Positions 36,853 through 46,177 of a stretch of 64,000 bases of DNA are shown piece by piece; position 1 is the first letter of the stretch; the number at the start of each line of letters is the position of its first letter. The position numbers and the translations under genes are program-made. Below the pieces are notes generated by a model, which had not been told where the DNA came from, searched no databases, and was given only the letters and a program-made list of their open reading frames with translations. Where the stretch lies: positions 57,684-121,683 of the forward strand of contig CAVPIH010000018.1 in assembly GCA_963704965.1 (NCBI GenBank). Reading direction: 5' to 3'. The stretch comes from an uncultured Gammaproteobacteria bacterium. Its GTDB lineage: Bacteria; Pseudomonadota; Gammaproteobacteria; Pseudomonadales; Halieaceae.

Positions 36853-38220
36853 TCAGGGGCCCGGCGGCGCCCTGTCCAGGCTGAAGGTCTCGCGCCGGCC
36901 GTCGCGCAGGCGGGTAACGGAGATTGGCGCCCGCTGCAGGCCGAACAGTCCCACCGCGTCCAGCAAGCTGCAGAAGCCCGCGAAATCGGTGTCGGTGGTG
37001 TCTCGGCCATCGACCTCCACCAGCTGGTCCCCCAGTTCAAGTCCCGCCTGCTGCGCAGGGCTCCCGCTCCAGAGGGTGCCGACAACCAGGCCGTTGTCCG
37101 CCAGTTCCGGGGTGAAGCCGTAGCTCGCGTAATCGTAGTAGAGTGCCGCTAGGGGCGTCCGCAGTTCGAGATAGAGCTGGTCGTTGAGCCAGTCTATGGT
37201 CACCCGAAAATGACGCAGGAATTCTATGCCGACGTGGAAGTCGGAGACAGACGGACCGGTGATCACCGGGAAGTCCGCGAGCTGCAGGTCTCCCAGGCGC
37301 AGTTCCCCGATGCGGGCGATGCGCGTTTCCGATTGCCCGTCTCCCAGCACCGTCGAGGCCCCCCGGCCCCGCTCCCGCGGCGCTGCGTCGGTAATCCTGT
37401 CCCCCGCCGCCTCCAGCATTGCCGTCGGCATAGCCAGGGACCCGTTGAAACCAAGGTCTATGAGCAGGGACAGGTCCTGCGAGTTGCTCACCCCCACCGA
37501 GATCCGCGGCGACCCGGCGGCATCGGCGCGGATAAAGGGCAGCCTGGTAGCGCGGTTCAGCCCGGGCAGTCGGGATGGCGAGTCAGTGATGGTAATGACG
37601 CCGGACTGGAAATCGATCTGCCAGATGGCGGCCTGCAGCAGGCTGGCACCGAGCAGCCCGTCGCGCGACAGGCAGGCGAGTTCATCGGGCGGCTGTACCC
37701 AGTCGATGACGCTGCCCACGTCCATGAAAGTGAGCCCGGCGATCCCGACCCGCGGGATACGCGTCAGGGGCACCTGGTCGTAGCCACCCGCGGGGCCCGC
37801 CAGCGCGATGTTGCCGGATGCCTGCAGCGCGAGGTCGCCCGCCAGCGCCGGCGAGATGGTCATCGGCGCGCCCGAATCGAGGATGAAGGTGCGCGCCGGC
37901 GCGGCACTGCCGGTATCGGCCTGCAGGCGGATGGTGTTCTGGGTCAGCTCGAAGTGGGTGGAGACCAGGTACTCGCTGTTGTCGGTGCCGGTGCCGGTGA
38001 GCAGTTCTGTGGCCGTCGGAGCGGCCCGGGTCCCGGGCGATTCTGCGCCGCTGCTGCCGGTGCCCGCGGTCAGCAGCCAGACGCCCAGCGCGATGGCCAC
38101 CGCGTTGCCAATCCCGGTCGGCGCGGCGGCTGATGCCGGGGGCAGATCCATGGCGGCGGTTGCTGGCAAAGTGACCTCAAGGGCGGGGAGGGGATACAGG
38201 GCGAGTTTAGTCCGTCTCAT
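36853..38220 (-). CDS. Two-lobed retropepsin-like aspartic protease with a C-terminal PDZ domain
   Basis: There are two aspartic-protease signatures, FILDSGAPMTI and LLIDLGFNGSLAM. The C-terminal PDZ-like segment is GLVVGTLWSGSPAQQAGLELGDQLVEVDG. The hydrophobic N-terminal segment is NAVAIALGVWLLTAG. The start is uncertain: 38220, 38151, or the track's 38367. Confidence 0.65.
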   Translation of the reverse strand: MRRTKLALYPLPALEVTLPATAAMDLPPASAAAPTGIGNAVAIALGVWLLTAGTGSSGAESPGTRAAPTATELLTGTGTDNSEYLVSTHFELTQNTIRLQADTGSAAPARTFILDSGAPMTISPALAGDLALQASGNIALAGPAGGYDQVPLTRIPRVGIAGLTFMDVGSVIDWVQPPDELACLSRDGLLGASLLQAAIWQIDFQSGVITITDSPSRLPGLNRATRLPFIRADAAGSPRISVGVSNSQDLSLLIDLGFNGSLAMPTAMLEAAGDRITDAAPRERGRGASTVLGDGQSETRIARIGELRLGDLQLADFPVITGPSVSDFHVGIEFLRHFRVTIDWLNDQLYLELRTPLAALYYDYASYGFTPELADNGLVVGTLWSGSPAQQAGLELGDQLVEVDGRDTTDTDFAGFCSLLDAVGLFGLQRAPISVTRLRDGRRETFSLDRAPPGP

Positions 38221-38320
38221 CCTCGCAGCATAGCATCCGGGCCCGCCCCCGGTCGCAGGTGGCAGCTGAGCGCCGCCGGCAGGTACACTGTCTGGCCAGG
38301 ACCTTATCAGTAGCTCCCGG

Positions 38321-38806
38321 ATGGCTGAGACGTTTTTTACATTGCTGTTAATGCTGGTGGCCAGCAATGCCGGGCCGGTGCTGGTCGCCTGGTTGCTGCA
38401 ATCCCGCTGGGCCCTGCCCGTGGACCTGGGCAGGCAGTACCGGGACCAGCGGCCGATCTTCGGTCCGGCGAAAACCTGGCGCGGGGTGATTGCGGCCCTC
38501 GCTGCGGCCTGCGCGCTCGCGCTGCTGCTGGGCTACGGGGTCGGGTTTGGCATCGTCTTTGGCCTGTTGGTGGTGGCCGGGGACCTGCTGTCCAGCTTTA
38601 TCAAACGCAGAATGGCCCTGGCGCCCAGCAGTCGTTGCCTGGGCCTGGACCAGTTGCCCGAGTCACTTTTTCCCGCCGTGTATGCCGTGGCAGTGCTGGA
38701 ACTGGCCTGGTGGTGGGCGCCGCTGTTGGCGCTGGCGTTTCTACTGGTCGACGTGCTGGTCTCCGGGCCGCTGTACCTGCTGAAAATACGCAAACGCCCC
38801 TACTGA
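38321..38806 (+). CDS. CDP-archaeol synthase-like (DUF46/CarS family) integral membrane protein
   Basis: 161-aa ORF with four or five TM helices. Motifs are GPAKTWRGV, LLSSFIKRR and GLDQLPES, as in the CarS/cytidylyltransferase-like family. Confidence 0.6.
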   Translation: MAETFFTLLLMLVASNAGPVLVAWLLQSRWALPVDLGRQYRDQRPIFGPAKTWRGVIAALAAACALALLLGYGVGFGIVFGLLVVAGDLLSSFIKRRMALAPSSRCLGLDQLPESLFPAVYAVAVLELAWWWAPLLALAFLLVDVLVSGPLYLLKIRKRPY

Positions 38807-38825
38807 GCAGCGCTGGCGGGCAGGC

Positions 38826-39788
38826 CTACCCGTCGCCCCGGCGCAGCTTGTGCAGGGTTATTTCGGGTGGGCAGTTAAAGCGCGCAGGCACCACAGAGCT
38901 GCCCGTTCCGGCCGATGTATAGCCCTGCATGAGATCGTATGACCAGGGACCGACGCCGGTAAAACGGGGCGCGGAGGAATTGAAGGTGAGCGCCAGACCT
39001 CCCGGCAGGCAAATCTGGCCGCCGTGCGTGTGCCCGCACAGCATGACATCGAAACCGACATAGGCGGCGTGCCGGTAGATTTCCGGGGAGTGGGCCAGCA
39101 GCACGGACACCGCCTCGTCGGGTATACCTTCATAGGCCTTTTCCAGGTTATCCGCGCAGAAGTAGTGGGGGTCGTCTATTCCCGCCAGCCAAATCCTGTG
39201 GCCGTCGCGCTGCAGCGGTATGTTTTCATTCAGCAGCAGCCGTATACCCATCGCCTCGATGGGACGCACCATCGCGACGGGATCATGATTGCCCAGAATG
39301 GCGTACATGTCCGCGGTGATGTCCCTGCGCAACCGCTCCAGGCCCAGCATGGCGTTGTGGTGCGGGCCGTGGGTGAGGAAACGGTAATCCCCGGTCAGCA
39401 CGCAGATATCGAACTCGAGCTCACTGATTTTGTCAGCCAACACCTCGGGAAACGCAGCCAGGGAGTCCAGGTGCAGGTCACTCAGTTGCAGCAGGGTGTA
39501 ACCATCGAAAATTTCCGGCAGATGGGGCAGCACCAGCTCGTTGCGGCGCAGCTGCAGGTCCAGCACGTTGGCCCTGCCGCGCGCCTCCATGCCGGTAAGC
39601 CGCAGTACCAGCTTGATGAACGTGGCGGCGGCGTTCCAGTTTTCGATGTGGAACAAGGTGCGGCCCTGGCCAAAGCGGTCGGCCATGTGTTCCGCTTCGA
39701 CGCCAATGCGCCGCCGCAGGTGGGCCTTGCCGATGCGGTGCAGCAGGTATTCGTGAAGTTCATGGTCCGGTGTGTACAGTTTCGACAT
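38826..39788 (-). CDS. Metallophosphoesterase (YaeI/YkuE-like)
   Basis: 320-aa ORF. Calcineurin-like motifs are LLQLSDLHLD, VLTGDY, AILGNHD and LCGHTHGGQ. Confidence 0.85.
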   Translation of the reverse strand: MSKLYTPDHELHEYLLHRIGKAHLRRRIGVEAEHMADRFGQGRTLFHIENWNAAATFIKLVLRLTGMEARGRANVLDLQLRRNELVLPHLPEIFDGYTLLQLSDLHLDSLAAFPEVLADKISELEFDICVLTGDYRFLTHGPHHNAMLGLERLRRDITADMYAILGNHDPVAMVRPIEAMGIRLLLNENIPLQRDGHRIWLAGIDDPHYFCADNLEKAYEGIPDEAVSVLLAHSPEIYRHAAYVGFDVMLCGHTHGGQICLPGGLALTFNSSAPRFTGVGPWSYDLMQGYTSAGTGSSVVPARFNCPPEITLHKLRRGDG

Positions 39789-40013
39789 GCCTGGCCTGCA
39801 GTTTGCCCCAGTTTACACCAGGGGAGTACTGCCGCAATCGACGCCCGCCCCGTGGTTGCTGGAACTTTCCAGGGCCATTGCTAGACTAATACTATGGATG
39901 CACGACCAGGCCGGGACATGAGGCCACAGTCGCCTGCGTCAGGGTACTGTCATGCCCCGGTCTCCGTTGTGACAAGACAACAGAGCGGGATTTTCCCGCG
40001 CAGGAGAATCATC

Positions 40014-40769
40014 ATGGCAACCACAATCGATATGTTTCCCGTGCACAGGGTGCCGATCAGCCGACCTTTCGTATGGCTGGAAAGAGGCTGGGATGACCTG
40101 CGGCACGCGCCTCTTGCCAGCCTTGCCTACGGCTGGTTGATGGCCTCTCTCGGGGCACTGATACTGGCCTATTCGCGCCATCCGGTTTTTCTGGCCTCCG
40201 CCATCGTCGGCTTTTTGCTGGTGGGGCCGGTGGTGACTGCCGGGGTATGCGAATTATCCCGTCGCCGCGACCACGGCGAAACCCTGACATTCCAGGATTC
40301 CCTGCGCGGGCTGGCGGTAGCCCGGCGCGGGCTGCTGGGTTTTTCCGCGCTGCTGTTGCTGCTGGCGATAGGCTGGTTTGCCGTGTCTGCCCTGTTCCTG
40401 TTGGTCAGTGAAGGCGGCGTGGCGCCGGACATCGGCAGCACCGTCTGGGGCAACGTCGCGGCCCAGCTCAGCGCCGGGCAGGTCAGCGCCTACGCGGTGG
40501 TCTTTATCGTGTTGGCCTGTACGGTCTTTGCGGTATCGGTGGTCAGCGTGCCCATGCTAATCGATCGCCACGTGGATGCGGCGACGGCGATCAGGATGAG
40601 TTTGCGGGTAACCGCCCGGGACTTTTCCGCCATGCTGGTATGGGCGCTGCTGATCGTCGGCCTGGTCGCGCTGGGCTATGTCACCTGGCTGCTGGGCATG
40701 GTAGTGGTGTTACCGCTGCTGGGGCACGCGACCTGGCACGCCTATCGGGATATCGTCGAGGAGGCCTGA
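40014..40769 (+). CDS. DUF2189-like integral membrane protein
   Basis: The ATG at 40014 follows AGGAGA. The product begins MATTIDMFPVHRVPISRPFVWLERGWDDLRHAP and then has several TM helices. The family assignment is from memory. Confidence 0.55.
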   Translation: MATTIDMFPVHRVPISRPFVWLERGWDDLRHAPLASLAYGWLMASLGALILAYSRHPVFLASAIVGFLLVGPVVTAGVCELSRRRDHGETLTFQDSLRGLAVARRGLLGFSALLLLLAIGWFAVSALFLLVSEGGVAPDIGSTVWGNVAAQLSAGQVSAYAVVFIVLACTVFAVSVVSVPMLIDRHVDAATAIRMSLRVTARDFSAMLVWALLIVGLVALGYVTWLLGMVVVLPLLGHATWHAYRDIVEEA

Positions 40770-40799
40770 TGCCCGCCGCTGCGACGCTTGCGGCAGCCT

Positions 40800-42974
40800 T
40801 CAGACGTAGCCGGCCTCGCGCAGTTCCGCCAGGATCAGTTTCTGCACGGCGGCTTCCTTGAGATCGTGTGGCTGGTCCAGCCCCATTCGCGCCAGGTAGG
40901 GCTGGGCCGCCGGGGGCATCGCCATGCCCGCGGTGCCTACCGCGCCGGCCAGGGTCCTGAACAGGGTGCGGCGCGAGCCCATCTTGGCTTTCAGGTTCTG
41001 CAGCACGTCGCCCAGCACCTGTTCTTCATGGGTGAAGTCGGTGCCGAAGGGGAATTTCGGAAACAGGCCCTCGGCTCGCAGGCGGCCGGCAACCCGCTCC
41101 AGGCGCTCCGGCGTATTGTGCCGGTACCGGGCGGGAATCTCGTAGTCCGCATCGATCTTGCCACAGCTCTTGGCCTGGGCGAGCAACTCCTCCTGGAAGC
41201 GCGAATCGGCAATGTTCAGCAGGCGGGCGATGACATCCTTCTCCCGCTGGCCGCGCAGCATGGCGATGCCGTATTCAGTGATGACGATATCGCGCAGGTG
41301 GGCCGGTATGGTGGTGTGCCCGTAGTTCCACACGATATTGGAGGAGACCTTGTCTCCCTTGGTGCGGGTGCTGCGGCACATCAGGATGGAGCGGGCATCG
41401 TCCAGGGCATGGGCCATGGCGACGAAATTGTACTGGCCGCCGACACCGCTGATTTTACCGCCGTTATCCAGGCCGTCCGAGCAGGCTGCACCCAGCAGCG
41501 AAACCATGATGGTGGTGTTGACGAAGCGGGCTTTCTGGCGCTGGGCACGGGCGATCTCCTCGCAACCGTAAAGCTGGTTGACGTAGGCGATGTCGGTCAT
41601 GCAGATCTTTCTGGCTTCTTCCTCCGGCATGCTCCTCAGTTGCTGGTACATGGCCTGCGGGCCGAGGAAAAAGCCGGCGTGCAGGACAATACCGCCCCTG
41701 AGTGCAGTACCCAGGCAGTTCTGCTGGATGGCCTGGCGCGACTTGCCGTCGGCGAGGTCGGCCCTGATTTCGGTGCCGTCTGCGCAGCGCAGCATGCCGT
41801 CGGCAAGGGTGACGGAGTCCCGGAAGATGCCGTACTTCTGCAGAAACTCCAGATCACCAGCCGAGAGTTCACTGTCTATCAGGCCTTCGGCCAACAGCGT
41901 GTCGAGGGTCGCCGGGGTGACCTCGGCGCTGATCTTGCCGGCGTTGACCAGGCGCTGCAGGCGCGCATCGTCGTACACGGCGCGCTTGAGTATGCCGTGG
42001 TTATAGAGGTGGCGAAAGCCGTCGGCGAACATCTCGGTAGAGCCGTAAAGTCCTCTATCAAAGGGTTCGGTCCCTCCCACTTGCTCGATAGCAGTGCCGA
42101 AGTTTTCCAGTACCCCCAGTTCGGACAGCACCGACTTGAAGCGTGCGTTCTGCTCCTGCCGCAGGATGCAGCCGTAAGTAATGGCATCCCCGAGGGCGCC
42201 AATGCCGATTTGCAGGGTGCCGCCGTCGGGCAGCAGGCTGGTGGCATTCAGCCCGATCATGTAGTCGGTGGTGTCCACGGGCGGTGAGGGCGGGCCCAGC
42301 AGCGTGTGGTTGTAGGCCGGGTTTTCCAGGATGAAGTCGTAGGTTTCCGGTGGCACGATGGCATCGTTGTACATGAAGGGCAGCTCTTCATTGAGCTGGC
42401 CGATGACGGCCACTTTCTTTCCCTGCTCCCGCAGGGATTGCAGGCGTGGCAGTATATCCAGAGCATAGGCGTCGCCGCTCATGCTGTAGCACAGTTTGCC
42501 GTCGATCTCCCGCTTGCAGGTCATCTGGCTGAACACGTTGCAACCCTGTTCCACCATGTCGCGCAGCCAGTGGGTAAAGTTGCTGTAGACGAAGTTTTCC
42601 TGGGCGTGCCTGTTGTTCAGATACGTACCGGCCTGCAGGAATACCTCGACGATCTCGATATTACTGGGCAGTTGGCCCTTGAGGTAGGGCTCCACGTAGT
42701 CCAGATCCGGCAGGTTGCCGAAGACCCTCTCCACGAAGGGGTCGATAAAACGCTTTTCCAGGTCACTGCTGCCCTTCGGGCGGCTGAAGGAAACCCCGGT
42801 GATTATGGTCAGATCGATTCCCGGGTCGGCCACCGCGCGCCGGTACAGTTCGTTGAAAAGATGCGCGGGACGCCCGAAGCCTCCGGCGATGACCACCTTG
42901 TTGCCGACGTGCTGCAGCAGTGCTTCCACGCACTGTTCGAGATCCGAGAAGTATTTCGGTGAGGGTGCTGTCAT
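40800..42974 (-). CDS. Acetyl-CoA hydrolase/transferase family protein (large form)
   Basis: 724-aa ORF. The central region GGTLQIGIGALGDA... and the later ISGVGGQYNFVAMAHAL resemble the CoA-transferase/hydrolase N- and C-domains. Confidence 0.65.
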   Translation of the reverse strand: MTAPSPKYFSDLEQCVEALLQHVGNKVVIAGGFGRPAHLFNELYRRAVADPGIDLTIITGVSFSRPKGSSDLEKRFIDPFVERVFGNLPDLDYVEPYLKGQLPSNIEIVEVFLQAGTYLNNRHAQENFVYSNFTHWLRDMVEQGCNVFSQMTCKREIDGKLCYSMSGDAYALDILPRLQSLREQGKKVAVIGQLNEELPFMYNDAIVPPETYDFILENPAYNHTLLGPPSPPVDTTDYMIGLNATSLLPDGGTLQIGIGALGDAITYGCILRQEQNARFKSVLSELGVLENFGTAIEQVGGTEPFDRGLYGSTEMFADGFRHLYNHGILKRAVYDDARLQRLVNAGKISAEVTPATLDTLLAEGLIDSELSAGDLEFLQKYGIFRDSVTLADGMLRCADGTEIRADLADGKSRQAIQQNCLGTALRGGIVLHAGFFLGPQAMYQQLRSMPEEEARKICMTDIAYVNQLYGCEEIARAQRQKARFVNTTIMVSLLGAACSDGLDNGGKISGVGGQYNFVAMAHALDDARSILMCRSTRTKGDKVSSNIVWNYGHTTIPAHLRDIVITEYGIAMLRGQREKDVIARLLNIADSRFQEELLAQAKSCGKIDADYEIPARYRHNTPERLERVAGRLRAEGLFPKFPFGTDFTHEEQVLGDVLQNLKAKMGSRRTLFRTLAGAVGTAGMAMPPAAQPYLARMGLDQPHDLKEAAVQKLILAELREAGYV

Positions 42975-43215
42975 GTCTGGCTTGCTCCGGAGCTGCGGTG
43001 ATGCCCCACATGCTGCATGGGACTGTTACTGGTTTTATGGCTAAGGTATAGCACCCGGTGCCTCCAGTTTCCATAGCAGTGGTCATGGTGCCGCGTTTTT
43101 TTCTGCAGTGGCTGGCGCAGCGGCCTGCGCTAATATACGCTAGTTGAACAACCCGGAGCCGCGTGTTCGGCTTGCCATCGCCGGCGAAGGTGCCGGTGAA
43201 AAAGGAGAGTGCGCC

Positions 43216-43644
43216 ATGTCAGAGCAGAATATGAATACCGTTCGCCGCCTGCTGCAGGAGGTGTGGACCCAGGGTGATCTCGCCCTGCTGCCGGAGTTGT
43301 TGGCTGACAATGCGCTGGCCCGCCCCATGCCGCACATGGGCGCCTTGCAGGGCCCCGATGAATACATGCATTTTATCGCGGTGTACAAGGGCGCCTTCCA
43401 GGATATGTCCTTCAGTATCGAGGACCAGTTTTCCGCGGACAACAAGGTGGCCACCCGCTGGGTCGCCACGGTGAGCGATGCCGGAGGCGGTGGCGGTGAG
43501 CAGATCTCGATAGACGGTACCACCATCACCCATCACGACAGCGACGGCAAAATCATCGCCGAATGGGGCACCTGGGATACCCACAGCCTGCTGGAATCGA
43601 CAGCGGCACCGCAGATCTACGAGCAACTGTCCGTCAATATCTGA
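43216..43644 (+). CDS. SnoaL-like ester cyclase / NTF2-fold protein
   Basis: The ATG at 43216 follows AAAGGAGAG. MSEQNMNTVRRLLQEVWTQGDLALLPELLADN...YKGAFQDMSFSIEDQFSADNKVATRW is typical of the ester-cyclase family. Confidence 0.7.
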   Translation: MSEQNMNTVRRLLQEVWTQGDLALLPELLADNALARPMPHMGALQGPDEYMHFIAVYKGAFQDMSFSIEDQFSADNKVATRWVATVSDAGGGGGEQISIDGTTITHHDSDGKIIAEWGTWDTHSLLESTAAPQIYEQLSVNI

Positions 43645-43648
43645 ACCG

Positions 43649-43670
43649 CAGCGCCCCGCCGGTGGCGCTG
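43649..43670. terminator. Hairpin CAGCGCC-N8-GGCGCTG after the SnoaL-like gene
   Basis: 7-bp GC stem starting 5 nt after the stop codon. There is no clear U-tract and the next gene starts 36 nt later. Confidence 0.3.
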
Positions 43671-43705
43671 TCACCTTAACCGCGGTCCCCGGGAGACAGC
43701 CGGTC

Positions 43706-45163
43706 TTGTCCACGCAAACTCCAGGTAACCCTCCGTCGCCGCTGCGGATGCCAGACACCTATTTGCTGATCGGCGCCGTGGGGCTGTTCGCCTACGCCCT
43801 GAGTTTCGTGCTGAACCCCGGTTTCTTCGCCGTCCAGGAGGTGCTGCGCAATGGCGTACCCACGGTGGCCATTGATCCCGACAGTTTCCGTTTCGTCGAA
43901 GGCGGTGCCGGGTTGCCACTGTTTTCCAGCGATGGCTCTCCCGCCTTGTTCAACGCGATTTTCGAGGGCCTGGTTTCCGGCGGCCGCAGTGGCGGGGCGG
44001 TCGGCATCATGGCCTTCATCCTGCTCACCGGCGGAGCTTTCGGGGTGGTGCTGGCAACCGGGTCGGTGAATCGCGGCCTGGGGCGCTTGATCGCGCGTCA
44101 CGCCACCGATGGACGGGTACTGCTGGCCAGCCTGTTCCTCGCGTTTTCCCTGGGGGGCGCCATCTTCGGCATGAGCGAGGAGACCATTCCCTTCGTGTTG
44201 ATGCTGGTACCGGTCATGCAGCGCCTGGGCTATGACAATGTCACCACGCTGCTGGTCACCTTCATTGCCACCCAGATCGGCTTCGCCACCTCCTGGATGA
44301 ATCCCTTCAACGTGGCCGTCGCCCAGGGTATCGCCCAATTGCCCCTGCTGAGCGGGCTGCCCCTGCGGCTGGCCATGTGGGTGGTATTCACCGCTTTTGG
44401 AATCCTGTTCACCCTGCGCTACGCGGCGCGCACCCGCAACCTCGACGTTGCCGCAGAACCCCTGCACGTCGGCGCAGCAGACAGGCTGCAACTGGCCGAC
44501 AGGCTGTTGCTGTGCGCCCTGGTGGCTACCATCCTGTGGATAGTCTGGGGAGTGGTTTTCGGCGGCTACTACCTGCCTGAAATTGCCACCCAGTTCGTCA
44601 TCCTGGGAATCGTGTCCGGGTTTATCGGTTGCATCTTCCGCCTGGACGGTATGCACGCCAACCAGGCGGTGGAGGCTTTTCGCCAGGGAGCCATGGGCCT
44701 GCTGCCGGCCGCCCTGGTGGTGGGCTTTGCCCGGGGCATTGTCTTCCTGTTGGGCGGCGACGACCCCACCCAGCCCAGCCTGGTCAACACCCTGCTGCAC
44801 TACGGCAGCCAATCCCTGGAGGGCCTGCCGGGCTGGCTGGCAGCCTGGGGCATGCTCTGTTTCCAGTCCGTGTTCAATTTCTTCGTCCCCTCCGGCTCCG
44901 GCCAGGCGGCGCTTACCATGCCGCTGATGGCGCCGCTATCCGATCTCATCGGGGTGACCCGGCAGGTGGCAGTGCTGGCTTTCCAACTCGGCGACGGGCT
45001 CACCAACATGCTGGTGCCGACCTCCGCATCGCTGATGGGTTGCCTGGGCGCCGCGCGGCTGGACTGGCTGCAGTGGGTGCGGGTTGCCCGCGGCTTTTTC
45101 CTGGCGTTGTTTGTACTGGCCAGCGTATTCGTGCTGGCGGCGTCCCTGTCAGGCTATCACTAG
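43706..45163 (+). CDS. YfcC-family (DcuC-like fold) membrane transporter
   Basis: 485-aa polytopic ORF. The N-terminus ...RMPDTYLLIGAVGLFAYALSF is typical of YfcC proteins. The start is either the TTG at 43706 or the ATG at 43748. Confidence 0.65.
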   Translation: MSTQTPGNPPSPLRMPDTYLLIGAVGLFAYALSFVLNPGFFAVQEVLRNGVPTVAIDPDSFRFVEGGAGLPLFSSDGSPALFNAIFEGLVSGGRSGGAVGIMAFILLTGGAFGVVLATGSVNRGLGRLIARHATDGRVLLASLFLAFSLGGAIFGMSEETIPFVLMLVPVMQRLGYDNVTTLLVTFIATQIGFATSWMNPFNVAVAQGIAQLPLLSGLPLRLAMWVVFTAFGILFTLRYAARTRNLDVAAEPLHVGAADRLQLADRLLLCALVATILWIVWGVVFGGYYLPEIATQFVILGIVSGFIGCIFRLDGMHANQAVEAFRQGAMGLLPAALVVGFARGIVFLLGGDDPTQPSLVNTLLHYGSQSLEGLPGWLAAWGMLCFQSVFNFFVPSGSGQAALTMPLMAPLSDLIGVTRQVAVLAFQLGDGLTNMLVPTSASLMGCLGAARLDWLQWVRVARGFFLALFVLASVFVLAASLSGYH

Positions 45164-46098
45164 CGCGACTGCGATTGACGCAACAGCGTCGGGGCCAGTG
45201 CCTGCAGTTGTCGCCTGATGCCATCGCGCCAGTCCACTCCCGTGGCCCCGATCAGTTCGTGCATGCGAGTGGTGTCGATATGCAGGCTGCCGAATGCGGT
45301 GTCGGTCTCCCTGAACACCGGCTCGAAGCCGGTCAGTTCCGTTATGTAGGCGCACCATTCCTCGATACTGGTTTTCTGTGAACCGCCGAAATTGGTGGTG
45401 GTGACCCCGGGCGTCGCGGCCGCCAGCAGATAGGGTATCTTGTCGATATAGTCGTCCACGTGCAGCAGGTTGTAGTAGTTGGGCCGCTCCGGGTGGATGT
45501 CTATGGGGATGCCCTGCTGCATCATCAGCAGGTGGTAGTACGGCCACCCGCCGTTGTCACCGTAGGGTACGCTCAGGCGGGCGATGGTGGTGGGTATCCC
45601 CTGTGAGCGGGCGACAAAGCGACACACCGACTCGGCGGCGATCTTGGAAAGGCTGTAGGTGGGGAACATGGCGCGGTGGTTATCGCCCAGCGGATCGCTT
45701 TCCTTGCGCGCTTCCTGGCCGCCGTATTGGTAAACCGCGGTGGAGGAAAAATGCAGGAAGGCTCGCGCGTTACTGCAGTGAGCCATCAGGTAGCCCGCGC
45801 CCTCGGCGTTGGCGGCCAGGTCATAGTCAAAGTTGCCGGTCTTTACCACCGCAAAATTGAGCACGTAGTCGTAGTCGTCGGGTATCGCGGCGATGGCCTG
45901 CGGATCGGCGAGGTCCGCCTGTATTGCCTTCGCGCCCAGGGATTCCATGGCGGCCCGGTCTTCCGCTTTGCTGAACCGGGCCAGGGCATGGACCTCGGCG
46001 ATTTTTGCGAACTGTTCGACGACGGGGCGCGCCACCTGGCCGGTGGGGCCGGTGACAAGGATTTTGCTGCCGTTCAGGTCAACGGGTTGTACTGGCAT
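45160..46098 (-). CDS. NAD-dependent epimerase/dehydratase family (SDR) protein
   Basis: 312-aa ORF. The Rossmann motif is KILVTGPTGQVARPVV and the catalytic region is YSLSKIAAE (YxxxK). Confidence 0.8.
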   Translation of the reverse strand: MPVQPVDLNGSKILVTGPTGQVARPVVEQFAKIAEVHALARFSKAEDRAAMESLGAKAIQADLADPQAIAAIPDDYDYVLNFAVVKTGNFDYDLAANAEGAGYLMAHCSNARAFLHFSSTAVYQYGGQEARKESDPLGDNHRAMFPTYSLSKIAAESVCRFVARSQGIPTTIARLSVPYGDNGGWPYYHLLMMQQGIPIDIHPERPNYYNLLHVDDYIDKIPYLLAAATPGVTTTNFGGSQKTSIEEWCAYITELTGFEPVFRETDTAFGSLHIDTTRMHELIGATGVDWRDGIRRQLQALAPTLLRQSQSR

Positions 46099-46177
46099 AT
46101 CGTCTTAGCCTCGCTAATCTGGTCAGTGATAAAGGGGCCGTGGATTGCACCGCGACCCCCCGGGTAGCCGGGCTTGC

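Noticed and set aside
43115-43130. The palindrome GCGCAG-CGGC-CTGCGC in the region between the acetyl-CoA hydrolase gene and the SnoaL-like gene
   Set aside because: It is a short GC-rich palindrome of a kind expected by chance in this composition. I saw no second copy and no positional logic relative to the start codons.
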